Translations under genes and position numbers: made by a program
Source of the DNA: an uncultured Planctomycetota bacterium
Lineage (GTDB): Bacteria; Planctomycetota; Phycisphaerae; Tepidisphaerales; Tepidisphaeraceae
DNA: 64,000 nucleotides
NCBI GenBank assembly: GCA_963841915.1
Contig: CAWJEN010000006.1
Span: forward strand, 1,376,001-1,440,000
Direction: 5' to 3'
The notes under the pieces: model-generated
Told to the model about the DNA's origin: nothing
The model's input: the letters and a program-made list of their open reading frames with translations, nothing else
Databases searched by the model: none
Shown: one piece after another, positions 1 through 9,534 of the stretch
How positions within the stretch are numbered: position 1 is the stretch's first letter
Layout of the letters: every line of letters begins with the position of its first letter

Positions 1-1048
1 AAACGAGCAGCTCCTTGTCCCCGCCACGACCTTCGATGACGATGTCGCCGCTGTCCTCGAGTCGGCGGACGATGTCCACGACCTTTTGCTGGGCCTGCTC
101 GACGTCGGTGACGCGGACCGGGCCCATGAACTGCATGTCTTCCTGGACGAGCTTGCTGGCCCGTTCGCTCATGTTGCGGAAGATCTTCTGCTTGAGGTCT
201 TCGCTGGCCGTCTTGAGACTCAGCGACAGCGTGTCGTTGTCGACGTCCTTGAGCACCTGCTGAATGCCCTTGTCGTTGACGAGCAGAATGTCCTCGAAGA
301 CGAACATGAGGCGGCGGATGCCCTCGACCAGATCCGGGTCGTCGGCCTCGAGGCCTTCCATGATGCTCTTCTCGGTCGCGCGGTCGGCGAGGTTGAGAAT
401 CTCCGCCACGCTCTCGACGCCGCCGGTCTTTTCGAAGCTTTGGGAGACGATGTCGCTGAGGCGGTGCTCGAGGCCCTTTTCGACTTCTTTGATGACTTCC
501 GGGTTCGTCGTCTCCATGTTGGCGACGCGTTTGACGACCTCCACCTGCTTTTGCGGCGGAAGACTGCCGAGAATCTCGCTCGACTTGCTGGCCGGCAGGT
601 GGGCGACGATGAGGGCGATCGTCTGCGGGTGCTCGTCTTGGATGAAGGCCATCAAGTTCGCACTGTCAGCCTTTTGCAAGAAGCTGAACGGCGTCGTCTG
701 GACCTGCTGCGTGACCTGCTTGATCACACGGTCGGCGTCTTCGCCGAGACTGGCGGTAAGCAGTCGCTTCGTGTACTCGAGCCCGCCTTCACTGATGTAG
801 CTGTTGGCCAGCGCGAGGTTGTAGAACTCATTGAAGACGTCTCTGCGGTCGTTGGGCTGCACACCGCCGAGGGCGGCAATTTCACGGCCGACCTGTTCGA
901 CGGCTTCGGGTGGCAGGCGACGCAGCACGTCAGCCGCCTCGCCCTCACTCAGGCCCAGCAGAAGCACTGCCGCTTTACGCAGGCCGCTCATCGGCGCACC
1001 CGGAAGTTCGGCGGGGGCGTCGGGGGGCAGTTCGGATACAACGGGCAT
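1..1048 (-). CDS. fliG: Flagellar motor switch protein FliG (stop codon cut by window edge)
   Basis: Not in ORF track; manual translation gives MPVVSELP...SGLRKAAVLLLGL...EHPQTIALIVAHL...GGVESVAEILN...MFVFEDI...MGPVRVTDVEQAQQKVVDIVRRL; directly downstream of fliF. Confidence 0.96.
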   Translation of the reverse strand, partial: MPVVSELPPDAPAELPGAPMSGLRKAAVLLLGLSEGEAADVLRRLPPEAVEQVGREIAALGGVQPNDRRDVFNEFYNLALANSYISEGGLEYTKRLLTASLGEDADRVIKQVTQQVQTTPFSFLQKADSANLMAFIQDEHPQTIALIVAHLPASKSSEILGSLPPQKQVEVVKRVANMETTNPEVIKEVEKGLEHRLSDIVSQSFEKTGGVESVAEILNLADRATEKSIMEGLEADDPDLVEGIRRLMFVFEDILLVNDKGIQQVLKDVDNDTLSLSLKTASEDLKQKIFRNMSERASKLVQEDMQFMGPVRVTDVEQAQQKVVDIVRRLEDSGDIVIEGRGGDKELLV

Positions 1049-1071
1049 GACGGGCTATGGAGTGACTTCGA

Positions 1072-2778
1072 CTAGCTGTTGTTGATCCAACGCTTCACCA
1101 GCTGGGCGGCGGCGTCGGGGTTTTCTTTCACGAGCGACTGCACCTGCTCGACCATCTGGCCGGCCTCGAGCTGCTCTTCGGCAATCTCCTGACCCACCAG
1201 CAGCGGGTCGGCACCAAGGGCGTCGGCGATGTCGTCCTCGGCCGAGATGTTCAGACCGCGGCGGGATGTCAGTGCGGCGAGGCCTTCGGCGTCGACGGTG
1301 CCGAGCGACTCACTTCGCGGGGCCGGTGCTTTGCGGGCGATGCCGCTGACGAAGAACAAGGCCACTGCGGCCAGACCGACAACCGCCGCCGGGCGGCCGT
1401 ACTCACCGACCATTGCGGCGATATTCAATCCACCGGCTTCTGCCGTTGTGTTTCCATCGAGCAGGCCGGGAATCGGCTGCTCATTTGTCAAGGCTGCGTC
1501 GGCGTAGGTCACGACCATCACGCCCTGTTCACCAATGCCGGCCAGCAGCGTGCGCGCCTGGTCGGCGATCTGCTGGCGGACGACGGTCTCATACTCGCGG
1601 AGAATCTCCGGCGTCGGCTCGGCTGGCGTGCTGGCCTGGTCGGCGGCAGCTTGACGGCCCTGCCACTGCGTCCGCACCCAGCTCAGCGGGAGCGACACGG
1701 TGCAGCTCGACGGTGTCGGTAACCCGCCGCGGCTGAAGATCTCTGTCTGCGTCCGCGGGATCGCAACCTGGTTCCGCTCCTCGAGGGTCCGGCGGTCACG
1801 GCTTTCGCCACCACCACCGTCACCGCGAATGCTGAGCGCCGAGTTCGGGTTGAGCCCGGCTTCGCCCCAGCTGTCGCCGCTGGAAACGGACTCGACGGTC
1901 GATTCTTCGGTGGTCGACAGCGGTACAACCACCTTGCCGTCACTGTCGAACTCTTCGACGTACGTGCGTGTGGTGTCATTGGAAACGTCGACGCTCACGG
2001 CGACGCGTAGTCCCGGGATGTAGCCGAGCTGGTTGAGCAGCTTGTTTTCCCACTTCTTTTCTGCCCGAGCCTGCAGGTCGAGCAGGCGACTGCCACCACC
2101 GACGACGGAGTCTTCTTCGGTCGAATCGATGAGGCGGCCGTCGATGATCGTTTCGACGTTCGACGGGTCGAGCATCGGGAACGCACCGGCAACAAGGTGC
2201 GTGGCGGCTTCGGCAAGCTTGTCAGGGTTGGTGCTGCCACCGGTGGAGGTCAGCGTGATTCCGGCGGTCGGCATGATGTCGCCACCGACTTGCCGCTTGT
2301 ACTGCTCGTTGACGTGAACACGCGCGTCGCGAACGCCCGGCCACCTTTTGATGGCGTCGGCCAGAGCATCCTGACGAGCGCTGAGGATCGTCAACTCGAT
2401 CTTTTTATGCGGGTCGAAGCTACCAATTTGCCCCAGGGCCTTGTCGAAGTGACGGGTCAGGTCACCGGGCAAGGCACGCTCCAGGGCGAGCATCGAAACG
2501 ACTTCGTCGCGCTTGACGGCTGGCACGTAGATCGTGTCACCTTCAACGCGAAACTCGATGGAATTACGGCCGAGCAGGTTGCGGATATGGCCGACTTGCT
2601 CGGCGTCGAGCGGTTGCTCCAGGAGCCGGACCTGCTCACCGACGGCTGCGTAACGAGTCGACCAGACGACGGTGATCACCATGATCGCCAGCAGGCTGGC
2701 AGCGAGCATCTTCTGGCTCGGCGTGAGTCCGCCGAGTTGCCGTTGAATGTCGGCGAGTTGTTGCCTGATGCGGTCCAT
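1072..2778 (-). CDS. fliF: Flagellar M-ring protein FliF
   Basis: N-terminal TM, GVRDARVHV motif, second TM, C-terminal ENPDAAAQLVKRW; between fliE and fliG. Confidence 0.9.
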   Translation of the reverse strand: MDRIRQQLADIQRQLGGLTPSQKMLAASLLAIMVITVVWSTRYAAVGEQVRLLEQPLDAEQVGHIRNLLGRNSIEFRVEGDTIYVPAVKRDEVVSMLALERALPGDLTRHFDKALGQIGSFDPHKKIELTILSARQDALADAIKRWPGVRDARVHVNEQYKRQVGGDIMPTAGITLTSTGGSTNPDKLAEAATHLVAGAFPMLDPSNVETIIDGRLIDSTEEDSVVGGGSRLLDLQARAEKKWENKLLNQLGYIPGLRVAVSVDVSNDTTRTYVEEFDSDGKVVVPLSTTEESTVESVSSGDSWGEAGLNPNSALSIRGDGGGGESRDRRTLEERNQVAIPRTQTEIFSRGGLPTPSSCTVSLPLSWVRTQWQGRQAAADQASTPAEPTPEILREYETVVRQQIADQARTLLAGIGEQGVMVVTYADAALTNEQPIPGLLDGNTTAEAGGLNIAAMVGEYGRPAAVVGLAAVALFFVSGIARKAPAPRSESLGTVDAEGLAALTSRRGLNISAEDDIADALGADPLLVGQEIAEEQLEAGQMVEQVQSLVKENPDAAAQLVKRWINNS

Positions 2779-2862
2779 GGGGTTCGGGCCGTCCGTGGCC
2801 CTGGTGCGAAGGTGGTCGCCTTGGGTCGTCCTGACCCGTTACCGACAGAGTCCGTACGCCGG

Positions 2863-3165
2863 TCAGACCGGCATGTTCCGTAGCTCATCAAAAGCCGACA
2901 TCAGCTTCGATCGGACGGCCAGCAACGTCTTGAAGGCAAGATCGGCCTTCTCGACCGAAGCCAGCGTGCCGACGACGTCGTCGGTCTCGCCCAGCGCCAG
3001 CTTTTGCGACGCGTTTGCGGCCTCGTGCTGGAGATTGCTCACGCCCAAGAACCCCTGCTTGGCTGCGTCGAACAGTGCCGAGAATCCACTGGCGTTGGAG
3101 ACCTGAGCCGGTGACGCGGACGCGCCCAGAGGTGGCAGGGACGGAATGGCTTGGATCGTGGTCAT
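2863..3165 (-). CDS. fliE: Flagellar hook-basal body protein FliE
   Basis: EKADLAFKTLLAVRSKLMSAFDELRNMPV is a typical FliE C-terminus. Confidence 0.93.
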   Translation of the reverse strand: MTTIQAIPSLPPLGASASPAQVSNASGFSALFDAAKQGFLGVSNLQHEAANASQKLALGETDDVVGTLASVEKADLAFKTLLAVRSKLMSAFDELRNMPV

Positions 3166-3349
3166 CGCGGTCTTCCTTGACTACGCGCTTCCCGAAGGAG
3201 CTTGACTTGTGCGGCCGTCGAAGGCGTCATCGTGACGCCCGATAACTCGCCGGCCGGGGTGACAGGCTACCAAGCCTTCGCGGTGGAACAAGTCAAATGC
3301 CCTTGAAAAGCGTTGTTTGGTAAGGGTTCGGTAGGTGGTCAACAAAGCT

Positions 3350-3757
3350 TCAAGCGATCATCCGCAGGGCGCTGTTGAACATCGCCTTGGTCGTCTGCAT
3401 GAGGCTGACGTTGGCTTCGTAAGCACGACTGGCCTCCATCATGTTGACGTATTCGGTACCGACGTCGACGTTGGGCGTCTTGACAAGCCCTGTGGCGGCG
3501 TCGGCGTCGGGGTGGCCCGGCTCGTACCGCTCGCCGAACGGGCGAGGGTCCTGCTTGATCTGGCTCACGTGGACACCCGGTGCATTGTTGCCGTTGGTGT
3601 CACCGGCCTCGAGCACCGCAAACCGGCGGCGGTAAGGGATCGACTCGCCGTCGGCGTTGCGGGTCGTGTTGGCGTTGAGCACGTTGCCGGCGATGGTGTC
3701 CATGCGGGTACGCTGTGCCCGCAGGCCTGCCGTCGTGATGTCGAGGGTGCTGAACAT
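3350..3757 (-). CDS. flgC: Flagellar basal-body rod protein FlgC
   Basis: AQRTRMDTIAGNVLNANTT, PYRRR, YEPGHPDAD, PNVD...MMEASRAYEAN. Confidence 0.96.
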   Translation of the reverse strand: MFSTLDITTAGLRAQRTRMDTIAGNVLNANTTRNADGESIPYRRRFAVLEAGDTNGNNAPGVHVSQIKQDPRPFGERYEPGHPDADAATGLVKTPNVDVGTEYVNMMEASRAYEANVSLMQTTKAMFNSALRMIA

Positions 3758-3774
3758 GGTGTTTGGGTTCGAGC

Positions 3775-4176
3775 TCAGGCGACGCGTTCGCGGATCGCCA
3801 TCTGGAAGGTGCTGTATTGCTTGCGGAGCAGTTCGACACTGAGGTTGTGACGAAGGGCATTGGTCGCCTGGTCACCGAGCAGTTGTTCGGCCGAACGGTC
3901 GTTGCCGTCGTGGAAGACGACGCCGCCGAGGCGTGGATCGCGATCCATGGCCGGGGCGTCGAGCTGGCTGAAGTCGGCGGCACCGGTGCGATCCCGTTCG
4001 TCGATTCGCTTGCGAAGCGACTCGCGGAAGCCGTCGACATCGAGGTCCTTTTGCTTGAAGCCGGGCGTCGAGATGTTGACGATGTTGTCGGCCAACACGC
4101 TGTGCCGGGCGGCGTGGAAGCTGGCGGTCCGCTGAAGCGTTGCGGCGGCGGACTGGTTGAGCAGGTGGTCGATCAT
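3775..4176 (-). CDS. flgB: Flagellar basal-body rod protein FlgB
   Basis: RHSVLADNIVNISTPGFKQKDL motif; upstream of flgC. Confidence 0.92.
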   Translation of the reverse strand: MIDHLLNQSAAATLQRTASFHAARHSVLADNIVNISTPGFKQKDLDVDGFRESLRKRIDERDRTGAADFSQLDAPAMDRDPRLGGVVFHDGNDRSAEQLLGDQATNALRHNLSVELLRKQYSTFQMAIRERVA

Positions 4177-4351
4177 CAAGGGTCTCCGTTACCTCGGTTA
4201 TCGGTCGTGCCCTCGTGAATGCTTTATCGGACGCGTTGACTTTTTTATGTGGCGGCGTCATGCTGCCTGCCCATCGCCCGGCGTGGCGCGGCAGGATGCC
4301 GCCCTTCCACCCGCCGAGCTTCGCCTCACTTCGACCACCGGCAAGGACGCC

Positions 4352-6901
4352 ATGGCTAAGTCGAGCCCGTCGGACTTTGGCTCCGATTACGTTCACCAGC
4401 ACACCCGCAACCCGATCGCCGGTCTGTGGCAAATGCCGCTGCTGGTCGTGTCGCTGGGTCTGTTTTCCCTGGCTGCTTATTTGCTGCTGGACCCGACGCC
4501 CGCGCCGCGCGTGGCCGAGGAGCTTGCCAAGGCGCATCGAGAGGTGCGCCAGGAGCGGTACGACGCGGCTGTCGAGCGGCTCAACGAGCTGGCCGCCCTG
4601 CCGCTGCCACCGGAGCAGAATGTCGAGACGCACCTGCTGACAGCCAAAGCGCTGGACGAGTCGATGCGGCGCAGCCGTCGGGCTGAGACACCGGCCACGC
4701 ACCGCCGTGTGCTGCAGGAGATTCGCACTGCCTTCGAAGAAGGTGCAAAGGACACGCCCGACGTGGCCGACCGCGAGGCACGGTCCTGGGAGTACCTCGG
4801 TGGTGTCGACAAGGCCGCGTCGCGTTGGCGGACGGCGGCACGCATGGCGACAGAGCTGGGCGAGCCGGCGCTGGCGGTGCCTATGCGTCGCAGTGCTGCC
4901 GAGATGCTCATCCACCACGGCCGCCCCGCCGCCGCCGCACAAGAGCTACGCGACCTGCTTCTGACCGACGGCCTAGCCGACGACGAAAAGGCGTGGGCTC
5001 TTGGAGAACTGGCTCGCCTTCGTATCGACGCCGAGCGGCCGGACGAGGCCATGCCGTTGCTTGCAGAAGCCCTTGCGTTGTCGCCCGACGACCGCATCCG
5101 CGGCCAGGTGAACTTCCGCCTGGGTTACGCAGCCTTCAAGCTTGGTAACCGTGACGAAGCACAAAGCTACCTGCTCGAGGCGCGTCGCCAACTCGGCACG
5201 GGGCACAGCCTTGACGCTGAAGCCAGCTACCTGCTCGGCCAGATTGCTCAGGCTGGCTTGACTTCGCCCGACGCCGACGTCGCCCAGGCGGCGGCCCGTG
5301 AAGCGTCAGGCTACTACGAAGTGGTCCTTCGCGACCACCCCAGCAGCCGGACGGCACCGCGGGCGCGGATGGGTCGCGCCGTGTCGCGGCTCGTTTTGGG
5401 TGATGCCAACGGCGGTGCTGACGATCTTCGACGGGCGGCGACGAAGGTGGCTGATCGGCCGAATCTGGCACCGCTGCGGGACGACCTGATCGAATCCCTC
5501 CGTCGTGCCGGGTCGGTGCTCGTTGCCAACGGTGATCATGCCCGCGACGAGGAGCAGGCGACGACTGCTTACGAGCTGGCCATCGAGATGATGGCCCTTG
5601 AGCAGCAGGCAACCTCCGCTGCGGGTCGGTCGGTCGACGCCGAATTTTATGCCCGTCTGGCCAGAGGTTTTGAGCGTCGCGGCGACCTGATGTACCCGTC
5701 CGACCTCAATCGCCAAGCCATCGCCGAGAACAAGGAACTTCGCGAGCAGGTCGAGGCAGCGCGGTCGCTGTGGGTGCACGCCGGTGACGCCCACGTCGCT
5801 CGAAGCCGCGCGTTGACACTCGTCGACGACGCGGCGTACGGCGAGGCATTGTGGCAAGGCGTGCGGCTCTACGAGCGGGCCGCCGACATGTACGAGATCA
5901 TCGCGGCGTTGGACCTGTTCGTGCGAGAACGGCCTAACGACCCGATCGCCCCCGAAGCCCTGCTGCGACTAGGCCGAGCGTATCAAGCCGCCGGTCAGCA
6001 GTCGGAAGCGTCGGTGACGTTCGTCGAACTGCGTGACGATCACCCGCAAACGCTCGCCGCCGCAGAAGCCGCCGTGCCGCTGGCTCAGGTCTACGTCAGC
6101 CAAGGCCGCGATCGCTGGCATCTGGCCGAGAACACGCTGCGCAGCGTTCTCGAGGACAACCCGGTCCTGGGCCCGGAGTCGCGTGTCTTTCAGTCTGCCA
6201 CGTGGGAGCTAGGCAGCTTGTACTACCGCATGGGCCGTTGGGGCGAAGCACTGTCGCGATACGAGGAGTACGCCGAGCGGTATGGCGAGTCGACGCAAGT
6301 GCCGACCGCCCGGTTGCTTTTCCTGCGGGCCGACTGTTACCGCCGAGCGGCCGGTGATCTGGCCGAGACGGCGTCGGACGCGCGGGTTGAGGCGCAAGTT
6401 GCCGCCGCGTCATCGCCGGACGGTCGCCGCGCGGGCACTTCTGCGTCTGCCCGTCGTGAAGCGGCGGCGTCGGCGGATCGTCGGTTGCGTTACCTGCAGG
6501 AGGCCAAGCGGCTGTTCGAAGCCGCCGTCACCGCCTACGCCGCCACACCCACAGCCGACGATGCGGCCGATCGTGACTTGGCCACGACCTATGAGCGGTT
6601 GGCGTGGTTTTACCGTGCCGACTGTCTGTACGACCTCGGCGAGTACGCCGCCGCCGTCGAGCTGTACGAGCAGGCCGCCTTCCGCTACCAGGACGACCCG
6701 TCGTCGCTGAGCGCTTACGTGCAGATTGTCAACAGCTACGTCGCCCTTGGCCGTCCCGAAGACGCTCGCACCGCCAACGAGCGTGCGAAATGGCTGCTCC
6801 GTCGGATTCCGCCCGAGCAGTTCCGCGACGGCAGCGTCGCACTCAACCGTCAGCAGTGGCAGGATTGGCTCGACTGGAGCGGCGAAACCGGACTCTTCTG
6901 A
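4352..6901 (+). CDS. Large tetratricopeptide-repeat protein with N-terminal TM helix
   Basis: ATG 4352 after AAGGA; TM WQMPLLVVSLGLFSLAAYLLL; many TPR-like motifs (APEALLRLGRAY, AWFYRADCLYDLGEY). Confidence 0.85.
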   Translation: MAKSSPSDFGSDYVHQHTRNPIAGLWQMPLLVVSLGLFSLAAYLLLDPTPAPRVAEELAKAHREVRQERYDAAVERLNELAALPLPPEQNVETHLLTAKALDESMRRSRRAETPATHRRVLQEIRTAFEEGAKDTPDVADREARSWEYLGGVDKAASRWRTAARMATELGEPALAVPMRRSAAEMLIHHGRPAAAAQELRDLLLTDGLADDEKAWALGELARLRIDAERPDEAMPLLAEALALSPDDRIRGQVNFRLGYAAFKLGNRDEAQSYLLEARRQLGTGHSLDAEASYLLGQIAQAGLTSPDADVAQAAAREASGYYEVVLRDHPSSRTAPRARMGRAVSRLVLGDANGGADDLRRAATKVADRPNLAPLRDDLIESLRRAGSVLVANGDHARDEEQATTAYELAIEMMALEQQATSAAGRSVDAEFYARLARGFERRGDLMYPSDLNRQAIAENKELREQVEAARSLWVHAGDAHVARSRALTLVDDAAYGEALWQGVRLYERAADMYEIIAALDLFVRERPNDPIAPEALLRLGRAYQAAGQQSEASVTFVELRDDHPQTLAAAEAAVPLAQVYVSQGRDRWHLAENTLRSVLEDNPVLGPESRVFQSATWELGSLYYRMGRWGEALSRYEEYAERYGESTQVPTARLLFLRADCYRRAAGDLAETASDARVEAQVAAASSPDGRRAGTSASARREAAASADRRLRYLQEAKRLFEAAVTAYAATPTADDAADRDLATTYERLAWFYRADCLYDLGEYAAAVELYEQAAFRYQDDPSSLSAYVQIVNSYVALGRPEDARTANERAKWLLRRIPPEQFRDGSVALNRQQWQDWLDWSGETGLF

Positions 6902-7341
6902 TGCTTTCAGCCCTACGCGACCAGCTCGATTGCTACCGCCGCATGGCCGCCATGGCGGGTGAGCAGTCACGCGCCATCTTCGGCGGCGAGACCGACAAGC
7001 TTTTGGCGATCCTCGAGAAGCGCGAGGCGCTGACGAACGAGGTCGCCGAGCTCGAAAAGTCGATCGCCCCGCTCAAGCGAGATTGGCCCGCCTCAGCCGA
7101 CATGTGGAGCGACGCCGACCGGGACGAAGCGACTCGACTGCTCGGCCAGATCAAGGCCACGCTCGAGACGCTGACCAAGCAGGACGACAAAGACGCCGCA
7201 ACGCTCCGTGCCCGCATGGCTATGACGGGCGGCGCGTTGCAGAAGATCCAGGCCGACGACCGCAATGTCCGCCAGATCAACAGGCGCTACGCCGCCGCCG
7301 CTTATGCAAGGAAGCCGGGCAAGTTGAACGTCTCGAGCTGA
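6901..7341 (+). CDS. FlgN/FliT-like flagellar export chaperone
   Basis: ATG overlaps TPR stop (TGATG); helical LRDQLDCYRRM...DKLLAILEKREAL; C-terminal AAYAR; flagellar context. Confidence 0.65.
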   Translation: MLSALRDQLDCYRRMAAMAGEQSRAIFGGETDKLLAILEKREALTNEVAELEKSIAPLKRDWPASADMWSDADRDEATRLLGQIKATLETLTKQDDKDAATLRARMAMTGGALQKIQADDRNVRQINRRYAAAAYARKPGKLNVSS

Positions 7342-7397
7342 GCAAGGGGCAACACCAACGCAACACGACAGCCATCGGCGTGTCTTAGAACTCGGTC

Positions 7398-8180
7398 ATG
7401 AACTACTTTGCCCTGCTCCTTGCGTCGCTCTGTCTCATCGCCCCGGCTGATGCGGGTGACGTCAACGTCGACGGACTGCTCGCGAAGATGCACGAGGCAG
7501 GTCGCGACGTGCAGACGATGTCGGCCAAGGTTCGGCTGACCGACTACGACTTCAACACCGGCGAAGAAGTCGTCCGCCCCGGTCGCTTGGCCCTCAGGCG
7601 GGGCGACGCGCCGGCCGAAGCAGCTGTCTACATCGTCTTCACCGGCCGCGAGAGCGATCGCGGCTTCGAGGTCGAGAAGATCGAGTACCTTTTCGCCGAC
7701 GGCCAGCTCATCGACCGAAACCACCGCGTCAAGTCGCAGGTCATCCGCAAGTTGCCGCCCGAACAGCTTGAGCGCGACCCCTTTGCCCTCGGCGACGGCC
7801 CGTTTCCGATCCTCATCGGCCAAGACCCCGCGCGGGTCCGCGCGCTGTTCGAGATCAAGCTGGTCAACCCTGCCGTTGCGGCCGAGAACGATCTCGAGGT
7901 CGACGCGGTCGCCGACACTGTCCGCCTGCGACTGACGCCGCTCCCCGAGACGCAGTTCGCCGACCAGTACGAGCGGATTGAAGTCGACGTCGATCCGGCC
8001 ACCGGATTGGCCCGCCAGGTCATCACCTTCGACAAGCCGGAGGTGAACCTCCGCATCGCCGAGCTGACCGAGATCGCCCGGGACACGGAGCTGAAGCAGG
8101 ACGCCTTCGAGCTGGAAGACGTCGACCTTGCCGACGGCTGGAACGTGTCGGTGGAAGATCTCAACAAGCCGAAGGAGTGA
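7398..8180 (+). CDS. LolA-like periplasmic lipoprotein carrier-fold protein
   Basis: Signal peptide, then LLAKMHEAGRDVQTMSAKV and a beta-rich body ending ELKQDAFEL. Confidence 0.55.
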   Translation: MNYFALLLASLCLIAPADAGDVNVDGLLAKMHEAGRDVQTMSAKVRLTDYDFNTGEEVVRPGRLALRRGDAPAEAAVYIVFTGRESDRGFEVEKIEYLFADGQLIDRNHRVKSQVIRKLPPEQLERDPFALGDGPFPILIGQDPARVRALFEIKLVNPAVAAENDLEVDAVADTVRLRLTPLPETQFADQYERIEVDVDPATGLARQVITFDKPEVNLRIAELTEIARDTELKQDAFELEDVDLADGWNVSVEDLNKPKE

Positions 8181-8222
8181 CGAATCGGGTCGGTCGCCGG
8201 TTGCTTGCGCTAGCGTGGCCAC

Positions 8223-9038
8223 ATGCCAGAGGGCCACACGATTCACCGGGCGGCGAAGGATCAACGGCCGCTTATTGGGGGGAAAATGCTTCAAGTGACC
8301 GCGCCGGACGGGCGCTGCACCGAGATCGCCCAGCGGCTGGACGGGCGGACGCTCAAGCGCATCGAGCCGATTGGCAAGCATCTGTTCTACCACTTCGATG
8401 GGGCCGACCCGAAGACGGTGCACGTGCATTTGGCACTGCTCGGCAAGTTTCGCCTGCACAAGACGAAAGCGGCGGAGCCATATGGAGCGGTTCGCGTGCG
8501 ATTCGATGCGGGAGACACAGCCGTTGATATTGTCGCGGCCAGGGCGTGCGAGCTGTTCGACAGGAAAGCGACGCAGGCGATCAAGGCGCGGATCGGGCCG
8601 GACCCGTTGAATCCGAAGGCCGACGCGGAAAGAGCCTGGCGGCGCATCAGCAAGTCGGCCGCCCCCATTGGTGGACTGCTCATGGATCAGAAAGTGATCA
8701 GCGGCATCGGCAACATCTACCGGGCCGAGATTCTGTTCCGCCAGCAAGTGCCGCCACGGCTGCCGGGTAAGGAACTCTCGCGTGAGACGTTCGACGCCAT
8801 CTGGACCGACAGCGTCGAGCTGCTCAAGCTCGGCGTGAGGTACGACCGCATCATCACGGTCACCCGCGAGTTCGCCAAAGAGCGGTTCGGCAAGACCTAC
8901 GCAAAGCTCGCCAGGCGGGAGCGGTGGTACGTCTACAAGCATGACACCTGCCCGCATACGGGCGGCCCCGTCGAGACATTCGACATTGCCAACCGGACCG
9001 TCTACTGGTCGCCGCTTTGGCAGACGAGGACGGAGTGA
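8223..9038 (+). CDS. Fpg/Nei family DNA glycosylase (Nei-like)
   Basis: MPEGHT N-terminus, GKHLF, H2TH motif LMDQKVISGIGNIYRAEILF. Confidence 0.93.
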   Translation: MPEGHTIHRAAKDQRPLIGGKMLQVTAPDGRCTEIAQRLDGRTLKRIEPIGKHLFYHFDGADPKTVHVHLALLGKFRLHKTKAAEPYGAVRVRFDAGDTAVDIVAARACELFDRKATQAIKARIGPDPLNPKADAERAWRRISKSAAPIGGLLMDQKVISGIGNIYRAEILFRQQVPPRLPGKELSRETFDAIWTDSVELLKLGVRYDRIITVTREFAKERFGKTYAKLARRERWYVYKHDTCPHTGGPVETFDIANRTVYWSPLWQTRTE

Positions 9039-9117
9039 GAGATGAGTAACGAGAGACGAGGAACTAGGCCAGATTCCGGCTCTGCCTCTCGTTGCTCGTC
9101 TCTCGTTGCTCGTCTCT
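9039..9117. terminator. Imperfect hairpin made of GAG/CTC-rich short repeats between convergent genes
   Basis: agatgagtaacgagagacgag pairs (with G-U) with the tandem 14-mer ctcgttgctcgtct x2 at 9088-9115. Confidence 0.5.
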
Positions 9118-9120
9118 TAT

Positions 9121-9489
9121 CTAGTTCATCGGTCCGCCGATGTGGTCGAGCAGGCTGTTGAGGTCGATGGGCTTCGGGAAGAAGTCCGTCGCCGCTGCGT
9201 GGCCGGTGAGTTCGGTGATGACGCTGCGGTCGTACTGTCCGCTGATGGCCACCACGCGGCGTGGCCTGTTGCGGAGCGGGAGTCGATGTGTGGCGTCGAT
9301 CAATTCAAAGCCGTCCATACCACCCGGCAGGTGCAGGTCTGTCAGCAGGACATCAAAGCAGCCTTGGAGCAGGCGTTGTAGCCCCTCGCTGCCGTCACCA
9401 GCGGTGATGACCTCTGCGCCGGCACGACGGAGCAGCTTGGCCATGGCGGCCCGGGCGACCGGCTCATCTTCAACGAGAAGGATCCTCAC
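9121..9489 (-). CDS. Single-domain response regulator (CheY-like receiver)
   Basis: RILLVEDE, DVLLTDLHLPGGMDG, FFPKP. Confidence 0.9.
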   Translation of the reverse strand: MRILLVEDEPVARAAMAKLLRRAGAEVITAGDGSEGLQRLLQGCFDVLLTDLHLPGGMDGFELIDATHRLPLRNRPRRVVAISGQYDRSVITELTGHAAATDFFPKPIDLNSLLDHIGGPMN

Positions 9490-9534
9490 GATCTGCAAGC
9501 GTAGGTCAGCCGTTTCGGTTCCACCTGAACCTTG

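Noticed and set aside
86..1075. 329-aa plus-strand ORF and similar long antisense ORFs (7302-8957, 10606-11928, 21894-23660, 49574-50794)
   Set aside because: Shadow frames of real genes, as expected in high-GC DNA
4199..4250. sigma28 promoter for flgB
   Set aside because: Two CCGATAA boxes on the minus strand, but TAAA spacing is 12 or 17 nt rather than 15
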